A stretch of 64,000 nucleotides of DNA from Nanobdellota archaeon (GTDB lineage: Archaea > Aenigmatarchaeota > Aenigmatarchaeia > Aenigmatarchaeales > Aenigmatarchaeaceae). The stretch is from assembly GCA_018901755.1 (NCBI GenBank), contig JAHIDZ010000021.1:2467-66466 (forward strand). The letters run 5' to 3'. The notes beneath the pieces were generated by a model that saw only the letters and a program-made list of their open reading frames with translations, did not search any database and had not been told where the DNA came from. Both the position numbers and the translations under genes were made by a program. Shown piece after piece: positions 8,448 through 15,708 of the stretch (the stretch's first letter is position 1; every line of letters begins with the position of its first letter).

Positions 8448-8600
8448 CTATCCTCTTTTTAGTATAACATTATCCATCTGAGAATCTATGACTATATTCT
8501 GCTGTTCACTCCAGTCTTGATCACTGTGAGTTTTGACATAATTGGCCCAGAATCTGACAAAATTTAACCTATCTTCTCTATTATTTTTACCTGGTTTCAT
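8448..8600 (-). CDS. Unlisted 50-aa ORF overlapping the 3' end of the upstream nucleotidyltransferase gene by 14 nt
   Basis: Reverse strand from ATG 8600: MKPGKNNREDRLNFVRFWANYVKTHSDQDWSEQQNIVIDSQMDNVILKRG, stop TAG at 8448-8450. It is below the 60-aa cut-off of the ORF track. The composition is non-repetitive and the overlap suggests coupling. No family was assigned. Confidence 0.3.
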   Translation of the reverse strand: MKPGKNNREDRLNFVRFWANYVKTHSDQDWSEQQNIVIDSQMDNVILKRG

Positions 8601-9204
8601 AAATTCTCTTTCCATACCAATCACTTATATTCTTTATAGCTTCCTTAAGTTTATTAATCTTTTCATAATTCAGCTTATCCTTGAAAAGCTCCTCTATATG
8701 CAAAGCATCTTCAATATCCTTATCAGCTTTAAGGAAATATCTCTTAAATGCTATCTGTCTTTCAAGCGAAGATATTTTTATTTTATTGTTAGGAAGTTTT
8801 ACAGTAATCATATCATCAAATGTCTCATCATCTAACGTTCTTTTTGGGAATTTCATCTCAAAATTTGGAATCGGCCTGTCTTTTATTGAAAATCTAACAG
8901 CAAGACCGTCTTTTAGAAATGAATAAATCTCTTCAGCCTTTTCAGCATTCAGGCACCAAAAATTATTCTCTTCCAAATCAGTATAAAGTTCAGAGAATTT
9001 TTCAAGTGACATTTTCCGTATAAATAAATCCACATCTTCCGTAGCTCTCGATCGTCCAAGTAAAATCGAAACATATCCCGACATTATCACATAATCAGCG
9101 TGCTTTTCTACGATGTTTACAAACTTCATAACCAGCTCATCAAGCTTGCTCAATTTTTTGTCAAGCCTTATCTCTTTTTTATCAGCATTATATTCCATAC
9201 ACAT
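8587..9204 (-). CDS. Nucleotidyltransferase-fold protein (pol-beta superfamily)
   Basis: 205 aa. MSGYVSILLGRSRATEDVDLFI fits the G[SG]-x(9-13)-D-x-D minimal nucleotidyltransferase signature. Confidence 0.55.
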   Translation of the reverse strand: MCMEYNADKKEIRLDKKLSKLDELVMKFVNIVEKHADYVIMSGYVSILLGRSRATEDVDLFIRKMSLEKFSELYTDLEENNFWCLNAEKAEEIYSFLKDGLAVRFSIKDRPIPNFEMKFPKRTLDDETFDDMITVKLPNNKIKISSLERQIAFKRYFLKADKDIEDALHIEELFKDKLNYEKINKLKEAIKNISDWYGKRIYETR

Positions 9205-9295
9205 ATTATCGCTTCCACAATAATTAAAGTTATTGATGCTTCGCAGACATCTATTTCTTAGAAATCTTCTTCATATAAAAACTCAAAAACTAAAA

Positions 9296-9847
9296 TCATC
9301 TTTCGGCCAATATTCTTCTCCTTTCAAATGGCAATTCCCATTCATAGAACAAATCGCGTATCTCATCTTCCTTATCAACTGGTATGAGCAAAACGCCTTT
9401 TCCGAGAGATTTTCCATTTGATTTTTTCAATAATCCGTTTCCGTCGCTTCTGCCGAACAGCGCGTGCGAGAATCTTACTTTATCGATTGTCTTTAATTTA
9501 GCTAGATTGTACCAGAATAACACATAAGATTCAAACCCTAGTTTTTCTGAGATGCTCTTATTATTTATCAGACTTATTCCTTCATGAATAATGGTTTTCC
9601 ATAATGTTTCCTTAAACAATGTTTTTAATTTTAAAACAGTTATATGAACCGGCAATTTCATTTTAGCAAATATTTGCTTTTCCAGTCTGTCTACTTCTAT
9701 GTCATCTGGCAGTATAACAGCGATATCAATATCTTCTGGTTTTTCTTTTTCCCTCGCGAGCGAACCAAATAAAATAATATCAATTACATTTTTATCCTTT
9801 TTAGCGAAATCTTTACAGATTTTCTTTAATATTGAGTATTTTTGCAA
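9296..9847 (-). CDS. Minimal nucleotidyltransferase (MNT) domain protein with about 85-aa C-terminal extension
   Basis: 183 aa. ILFGSLAREKEKPEDIDIAVIL is a canonical MNT motif. The C-terminal part (YVLFWYNLAKLKTIDKVRFSHALFG..GKGVLLIPVDKEDEIRDLF) is additional. It overlaps the upstream HEPN-like gene by 35 nt. Confidence 0.7.
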   Translation of the reverse strand: MQKYSILKKICKDFAKKDKNVIDIILFGSLAREKEKPEDIDIAVILPDDIEVDRLEKQIFAKMKLPVHITVLKLKTLFKETLWKTIIHEGISLINNKSISEKLGFESYVLFWYNLAKLKTIDKVRFSHALFGRSDGNGLLKKSNGKSLGKGVLLIPVDKEDEIRDLFYEWELPFERRRILAER

Positions 9848-10157
9848 GTTCAGCAGCTCCGTCTTGTATTCTTTTCGCGTCTTCTTTAGAAAGTCTCAAT
9901 TTATACGTTCTTCTATAAACATCAAACAAAGAAACATCTATTTTGAATATCTCTGGAAAATTGATTTTCAATATCTTGAACCTATCATCGTGGTTATCTG
10001 GCAAGAGTTTAAGTTTTCTGTAGATAGCCAGATCGCACAATGTTATAAATGCTTTGAAAAATTCGTTCGCGGCAGAATTATATTTTTTTGTTTTAAAGCT
10101 ATCCAAACCTGTTTGGTAATATTCTCTGAAGTTTGCTAGAAGCACTGGCTCGCTCAT
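9813..10157 (-). CDS. HEPN-like helical protein, partner of the MNT gene
   Basis: 114 aa and predicted all-helical. NSAANEFFKAFITLCDLAIY ... DNHDDRFKIL ... YRRTYKLRLSKEDAKRI resembles the PF05168-type HEPN pattern. It sits immediately upstream of the MNT gene. No R-x(4-6)-H RNase motif is present. Confidence 0.45.
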   Translation of the reverse strand: MSEPVLLANFREYYQTGLDSFKTKKYNSAANEFFKAFITLCDLAIYRKLKLLPDNHDDRFKILKINFPEIFKIDVSLFDVYRRTYKLRLSKEDAKRIQDGAAELAKILNIKENL

Positions 10158-10169
10158 ATGTTAATTATT

Positions 10170-10198
10170 AACAGATAAGGTATATAAGCATATCTGTT
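10170..10198. promoter_or_regulatory. Inverted repeat flanking a TATA-like box upstream of the HEPN-like/MNT operon (also downstream of serS)
   Basis: AACAGATA (10170-10177) and TATCTGTT (10191-10198) flank aggTATATAAgca. Imperfect extension reaches 10161-10210. The TATA-like box lies about 24-30 nt upstream of the ATG at 10157, consistent with a leaderless transcript. Confidence 0.4.
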
Positions 10199-10216
10199 GT
10201 TAATGATTAAATAATC

Positions 10217-11494
10217 TTATTTCTTAGAAATCTTCTTTAATCCGCCCATATATGGTTGTAAAACTTTAGGAATATTGATAGAACCATCTTTATTTTGATT
10301 GTTTTCCATGACAGCTATCAGCGCTCGAGGTGTAGCAACTACAGTATTATTTAGAGTATGCGCATAGTATTTTCCATCTTTCCCAGAAATCTTTATATTA
10401 AGCCGTCTGGCTTGAGCTTCTTCCATATTTGTCAGAGAACCTACTTCATAATATTTCTTTTGTCTTGGAGACCACGCCTCGACGTCGCATCCTTTTGCTT
10501 TTAGATCAGCCAAATCTCCTGAACATGATTCGAATATTCTTATCGGAACATTTAATGCTTTAAACACGTCTATGGTATATTTCAACATTTTGTCATACCA
10601 TTTGTAAGAATCTTCGGGTTCGCAAATTATAATCATTTCCTGTTTGTTAAATTGATGAACGCGATAAAATCCTCTTTCTTCAAGTCCGTGCGCGCCGACT
10701 TCTTTTCTAAAACAAGTTGAAAATCCTGTTATCTTAAATGGTAAATCTTTTTTATTCAAAGTCTTATCCATAAATAAACCAATTAAAGGATGTTCTGAAG
10801 TTCCAATCAAATATAGATCTTCTCCTTCTATCTTGTACATCATTGCATCTCTTTCAGCAAAAGACATAACACCTTCTACAACTTTCCGTCTGATCATAAA
10901 TGGTGGTTCCATATATTCGAAACCTTGTTTAATCATATAGTCTCTAGCAAATGCATTCATTGCTACACTTAATCTAGCCAAATCACCTTTCAGAAAATAA
11001 AATCCTTTACCTGACGTTTCTCGTGCTGTTTCAAAATCCGCACCACCTAAACGTTCGGCCAATTCGGCATGATTAAATATTTCATATTTAGGTACAATTG
11101 GTTTTCCTATTTTCTTTATTTCTACGTTATCAGATGCATCTTTACCAATAGGAACTGAAGAATGAATTATATTTGGAATTCTTTTTTGAATATCAAGAAT
11201 ATCTGTTTTAAGCAGCAATGACTTTTTCTCTATCTGAAATATCTGTTCTGGAATATTTTTCGCTTGCATCATAAGTTCAGTTGCATCTTTTCCTTTCTTT
11301 TTTAATTCGGATATTTGTTGGCTAACTTCATTTCGTTCATATCTTAATTTTTCAGCCTGCTGTAAAAAAATCCGATATTCTTCATCTTTCTCAATAATAT
11401 CGTCTACCATTTCAAGCAATTCGTTCTTGAATTTTTTCTTAATGTTTTCTTTTACTAAATCGACATTTTCTCTAATAAATTTTATGTCAAGCAT
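10217..11494 (-). CDS. serS: Seryl-tRNA synthetase
   Basis: 425 aa. It has the N-terminal coiled-coil arm (MLDIKFIRENVDLVKENIKKK..) and a class II core (FRKEVGAHGLEERGFYRVHQFNKQEM; TLNNTVVATPRALIAVMENNQ). Confidence 0.95.
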   Translation of the reverse strand: MLDIKFIRENVDLVKENIKKKFKNELLEMVDDIIEKDEEYRIFLQQAEKLRYERNEVSQQISELKKKGKDATELMMQAKNIPEQIFQIEKKSLLLKTDILDIQKRIPNIIHSSVPIGKDASDNVEIKKIGKPIVPKYEIFNHAELAERLGGADFETARETSGKGFYFLKGDLARLSVAMNAFARDYMIKQGFEYMEPPFMIRRKVVEGVMSFAERDAMMYKIEGEDLYLIGTSEHPLIGLFMDKTLNKKDLPFKITGFSTCFRKEVGAHGLEERGFYRVHQFNKQEMIIICEPEDSYKWYDKMLKYTIDVFKALNVPIRIFESCSGDLADLKAKGCDVEAWSPRQKKYYEVGSLTNMEEAQARRLNIKISGKDGKYYAHTLNNTVVATPRALIAVMENNQNKDGSINIPKVLQPYMGGLKKISKK

Positions 11495-11498
11495 TTAA

Positions 11499-12461
11499 TC
11501 ACTTATTATATAATTTTCTTATTGGAGTTATTATTTCAATCAATTCTACAGTAATACAGTTCTTCAGATCTAAAGGATGGAGTTTTCCTTCTAAATAAGT
11601 TTTCTCAAGTTCTTCATAATTCTTAAATTCGATATTTCCACCAAATTTATCTAAACGCTTAATTGAAATCTTTTTTCTAAGTGGAAAAATTATTAATTTT
11701 GAAATTTGCAACATAGGATTATCTTGAACTATTTTCTCAGGACAGTATGCATTCTTTATTATTTTAGTAATCTCCTCGTCACTATCAACTACAGATATTC
11801 CTGAACCTGGAATCGATTTAGACATTTTTTGACCAGGACCTTTCAATGAAGTAATAAGCGGTGTATGAACTGCAATAAAACTATGTCCTAAAACATCCTT
11901 AAGTTCTCTACCTGCCATATGAATTTTTCTCTGTTCCATTCCACCATAAGCAACATCACATTTAAGATATTTTATATCAGCTATCTGCATTAAAGGATAC
12001 CATAATTGAGAGACTGTTGCATTTTCTATATCTCTTGCTATCTCCTGCATACTTCTTAATCCACGATTTATAGTAATTTCTTGTGCCATGCTCATTACAT
12101 CAGAAACATATTCTTTAGTAAATTCAAAATCAGAACCTAAAACTATTTCAGCATCAAGTCCGATTGCTTTAACTGTTTTTCTCCACGCATCAACATCTTT
12201 TGCTATTTTATCTTCCTGACCTTTTCTATTAAGCAATGCATGAATATCTGCAAGTAAAAACTTTACTTTAAACCCGGCCTTAGCGAAATCCATAAGCTTA
12301 ATTACAGTTACAAAGTGCCCTAAATGCATAGGACCGCTCGGTTCATACCCACAATAAACAATTGGCTTCTTTTTAGTTTTAAGAAGATTAGCCAACTCTT
12401 CATCTGTTACAACTTCTACAACATTTTGTTTTATCAACGCTATCTTATCATCTACGTCCAT
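11499..12461 (-). CDS. tyrS: Tyrosyl-tRNA synthetase, short archaeal/eukaryal type
   Basis: 320 aa. YCGYEPSGPMHLGHF is the HIGH-type motif and KMSKS is present. There is no bacterial C-terminal S4 domain. Confidence 0.9.
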   Translation of the reverse strand: MDVDDKIALIKQNVVEVVTDEELANLLKTKKKPIVYCGYEPSGPMHLGHFVTVIKLMDFAKAGFKVKFLLADIHALLNRKGQEDKIAKDVDAWRKTVKAIGLDAEIVLGSDFEFTKEYVSDVMSMAQEITINRGLRSMQEIARDIENATVSQLWYPLMQIADIKYLKCDVAYGGMEQRKIHMAGRELKDVLGHSFIAVHTPLITSLKGPGQKMSKSIPGSGISVVDSDEEITKIIKNAYCPEKIVQDNPMLQISKLIIFPLRKKISIKRLDKFGGNIEFKNYEELEKTYLEGKLHPLDLKNCITVELIEIITPIRKLYNK

Positions 12462-12500
12462 AACTAAACATTTATTAAGATGAATACATAAAGGTTTCTC

Positions 12501-15062
12501 ATGAAGATAGATTGTTTAGGAGGGTTCAGAGAGGTTGGCAGAAATGCAGTTTTACTAGATTCTACTGAAAAGATACTATTAGACTTTGGATTAAACGTAG
12601 AAGACACAGAACCACCAATTATGCCTAAAAAGGTAGATCATTGTTTTATTGCTCATACGCATTTAGATCATGTTGGATGCGCGCCAATGTTAAACAAATT
12701 TAATTGCCCAATATACGCAACTTCTTGCACCTTTGACCAAAGTGACTTATTACTAAAAGATTCACTAAAGGTTGCTAGATTAAAGAGTAGAGATCTTCTA
12801 TTTAGTGAAAACGATATTCTGAAAATGAAAAAACAGCAAAAAATAATCACATATGGTCAGGAAGTAAAAACAAATAAAGCTAAAATTGAAGTTTATAATG
12901 CAGGACACGTTCCAGGTTCAGCAATATATATCATTAACATTGATGGCAAAAGAATTCTTTATACCAGCGATTTCAATACACAAGATTCAAGATTATTAAA
13001 AGGTGCAAATGTAAAAGATTTTAAGAACATTGATGTTCTTATTATTGAATCGACTTATGCTTCTAAAGAACATCCGGATAGAGCACAAACTGAAAAAGAA
13101 TTATATCGAATGGTTTCTGAAACAGTAGAAAACGGTGGAATCGCTTTAATACCTGCTTTTGCAGTTGGTCGTAGCGCTGAAGTTCTAATGGCATTAAATG
13201 CGTTTAAACCAAAATTCAAAATTTATATGGATGGAATGGCAAGAGCGGCAACTGAAATATATTTGAAATACCCAGAATTATTAAGAAATAAAAAAGATTT
13301 TAACAGCGCGCTAAATAAAGTAGATATGATAACTAATAATGAACAAAGACGTGAAGTAATGAAAGAACCTTGCGCAATAATTACAACGGGCGGATGTTGC
13401 GTTCATCCAGACACGTATATTCAGACAGCGACCGGGGAAATTACGAAAGCTATTGACACAAATACATCGTTTATATCACTTGACATGAAAAATTTCACTC
13501 AGCAATCTGCAATTTCAACAAAAAAATGGAAAAAAATATCTCCTGAAATGTTGTATCTCGTCAGAACAAGAACAAATAATATAAAAATGACAGGAGATCA
13601 CGAATTATTCGCGCTTGATGATCAGCTTAATATCATCTCTAAAAAATGCTCAGATCTTAAGAAAGATGATTATTTTTTAAATGCAAAAAAAATAGAATTT
13701 GTAGGCAAATCGCAACCGCTTGACAATAAAATAATTAATTCTAAAATTGCCAAAAAAATAAGGCTGCCAAATAAAACAACGCCTGATTTCTGTCAATTTT
13801 TAGGATATTTAATAGGAGACGGAAATCTTCACCAAAAGAAAAAAATAAGGCTAACCGATAAAGATATACAGTTGCTAAAATTCTATAAACATTTGGGAGA
13901 GAACATTTTCGGCCTTGCCGGAAAGATAAAAATCGGTTCTAGAAAAAGACTGACATTTTATTCCGTCATGCTTTATAGATTCCTTGAAAAAATGGACATA
14001 CACAAAGGCAGAAACAGAATCATTCCGGAATTCATACATAAATGTCCAGAAAATGAGCTAGCTTCTTTCCTAAGAGGACTTTTTGACGCAGAAGGAACTG
14101 TTGGCGCTGATAATAACAGGTCGATCGCCCTTAGTTCGCATAGCAAGAACATAATCAATATAACGCATATGCTTCTCCTAAGATTTGGAATATTATCAAG
14201 CGTGAATATAACTCATAAAAGGATTAAGAACAAGGTATTCGAAGGTTATATTTTATCAATACAAAACCCAGATTCAATAAGAAAATATAAAAAATACATA
14301 AATTTCAGCTCAAGAAAAAAGAAAGATAAACTTGAGAAATTATCAAACATCATTAAAGACGGCTGGAACCATTTTGACATAGTTCCAGTAAAGAAATATG
14401 CGTTATATAATGAACTGAAAAAATATTATAAGAAAATTCCAAAAAGCAGAATGTTTCATATTCATAAAAGCTGCGATGAATACATAACAAAATCTCAACT
14501 GATAAAATTTATTAAATTCTTTGATAGAAAAAATAAGGAGTTAGACAAATTCATCAATAAATTAAAGATCCTTACGAATAATAATATCTTTTGGAATAAA
14601 ATATTGGAAAAAACTGAATTCCAGAGCGATACTGAATTTGTGTATGACTTTACAATACCCGGCTATTCTAATTATATTGCAAACGGATTGCTTACTCATA
14701 ACTGCGACGGCGGCCCTGCTATACAATATATTAGAAATCTCTGGAGCAACAACAAGAATTCTCTTACCTTTGTCGGTTTTCAAATACCTAAAACAGCTGG
14801 ACGCTACCTGTTAGATACAGGACGTTTCGTAAACGAGGAAACAGACCTAAAATTAAAAATGCAAGTGAACTCATTAGACTTCTCAGCGCATGCTGATCGT
14901 AATGATTTATTCAAATTTATCAATAAAATACAGCCGGAGAAAGTAGTTTGTATGCACGGCGATAATTGCCAGAGATTTGCGCAGGAATTAAGAAGTCGTG
15001 GATTTAATGCAATAGCTCCTAAAAACGGAGAAACAGTAGACACAAACAGATGGAAAGAATAA
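12501..15062 (+). CDS. Metallo-beta-lactamase/beta-CASP ribonuclease (aCPSF2-like, 418 aa after splicing) interrupted by a 435-aa intein
   Basis: HTHLDH (MBL motif 2), IIESTYASKEH (beta-CASP motif A), FSAHADRNDL (motif B) and VCMHGD (motif C). The host sequence is broken at AIITTGGC / CDGGPAIQY. Confidence 0.9.
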   Translation: MKIDCLGGFREVGRNAVLLDSTEKILLDFGLNVEDTEPPIMPKKVDHCFIAHTHLDHVGCAPMLNKFNCPIYATSCTFDQSDLLLKDSLKVARLKSRDLLFSENDILKMKKQQKIITYGQEVKTNKAKIEVYNAGHVPGSAIYIINIDGKRILYTSDFNTQDSRLLKGANVKDFKNIDVLIIESTYASKEHPDRAQTEKELYRMVSETVENGGIALIPAFAVGRSAEVLMALNAFKPKFKIYMDGMARAATEIYLKYPELLRNKKDFNSALNKVDMITNNEQRREVMKEPCAIITTGGCCVHPDTYIQTATGEITKAIDTNTSFISLDMKNFTQQSAISTKKWKKISPEMLYLVRTRTNNIKMTGDHELFALDDQLNIISKKCSDLKKDDYFLNAKKIEFVGKSQPLDNKIINSKIAKKIRLPNKTTPDFCQFLGYLIGDGNLHQKKKIRLTDKDIQLLKFYKHLGENIFGLAGKIKIGSRKRLTFYSVMLYRFLEKMDIHKGRNRIIPEFIHKCPENELASFLRGLFDAEGTVGADNNRSIALSSHSKNIINITHMLLLRFGILSSVNITHKRIKNKVFEGYILSIQNPDSIRKYKKYINFSSRKKKDKLEKLSNIIKDGWNHFDIVPVKKYALYNELKKYYKKIPKSRMFHIHKSCDEYITKSQLIKFIKFFDRKNKELDKFINKLKILTNNNIFWNKILEKTEFQSDTEFVYDFTIPGYSNYIANGLLTHNCDGGPAIQYIRNLWSNNKNSLTFVGFQIPKTAGRYLLDTGRFVNEETDLKLKMQVNSLDFSAHADRNDLFKFINKIQPEKVVCMHGDNCQRFAQELRSRGFNAIAPKNGETVDTNRWKE
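13398..14702 (+). mobile_element. Full-size intein with LAGLIDADG homing-endonuclease domain
   Basis: Block A CVHPDTYIQ starts at codon 300 (TGC 13398). Block B is MTGDHELF. The LAGLIDADG motifs are FLGYLIGDGNL and FLRGLFDAEGTV. The C-terminal block YIANGLLTHN ends at 14702 and is followed by the +1 Cys (TGC 14703). 1305 nt = 435 codons, in frame. Confidence 0.9.
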
Positions 15063-15063
15063 A

Positions 15064-15465
15064 TTATCTACTAAACCTTCTTTCTACTTTCTTTTGCATT
15101 ACAATATTAGCAACGCCATTTTCAAATTTAGCTTTAACAGAATTTGGATCTATTTCGTGTGGAAGTGAAACAATTTTTCTTTCAGCTTCACCAGACATTT
15201 CTTCTTTATAGTATCCGTCTTTTGCCTGAATTGCTCTACCCTCTTTCTGACCAGTTACTTCAAGTGTTTTAGAAGTTGCATTTATTCTAACCTGATCTTT
15301 TCTATAATCACCAAGTCTTACAACAGCTGTTATAAACCCGCCAGCATCTTGAATTTCAATTTCTATTTCTTGTTTCAAAGGTATTTCTATAGCTTCGGAT
15401 TTCTTAAAGAAGTTCTTCATTCCTCTTAGAGGTTTCTCAAACCACAACTTTACTTGGTCTTTCAT
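15064..15465 (-). CDS. hsp20: Small heat-shock protein, Hsp20/alpha-crystallin family
   Basis: 133 aa. The C-terminal alpha-crystallin pattern is RKIVSLPHEIDPNSVKAKFENGVANIVMQK. Confidence 0.85.
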   Translation of the reverse strand: MKDQVKLWFEKPLRGMKNFFKKSEAIEIPLKQEIEIEIQDAGGFITAVVRLGDYRKDQVRINATSKTLEVTGQKEGRAIQAKDGYYKEEMSGEAERKIVSLPHEIDPNSVKAKFENGVANIVMQKKVERRFSR

Positions 15466-15532
15466 ATCTATATTTTAGATTCAGATAGCTTTATATACTT
15501 TCTGGATAAACAGAAAAATAAGACAGAGGTCG

Positions 15533-15670
15533 ATGAAGATGACTAAAAAAAGAAAAATTGTGAAAAAATTTGAAGAAGAAGAACCAGCAATAGATGAAAA
15601 TAGTGAACCGCCAGTAATTGATGACGTTGTTAAAAGTAGCGATGACGACGATGAAGACGACGACTGGTAA
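15533..15670 (+). CDS. Unlisted 45-aa ORF: basic N-terminus, poly-acidic C-terminus ending in Trp
   Basis: MKMTKKRKIVKKFEEEEPAIDENSEPPVIDDVVKSSDDDDEDDDW, stop TAA at 15668-15670. GAGGT (15526-15530) lies 2 nt upstream of the ATG. The ORF fills the otherwise empty hsp20-aglB intergenic space. Confidence 0.4.
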   Translation: MKMTKKRKIVKKFEEEEPAIDENSEPPVIDDVVKSSDDDDEDDDW

Positions 15671-15708
15671 ACCCCTTGTTTTAAATCTTTTTATATTTAC
15701 TTTTGTAA

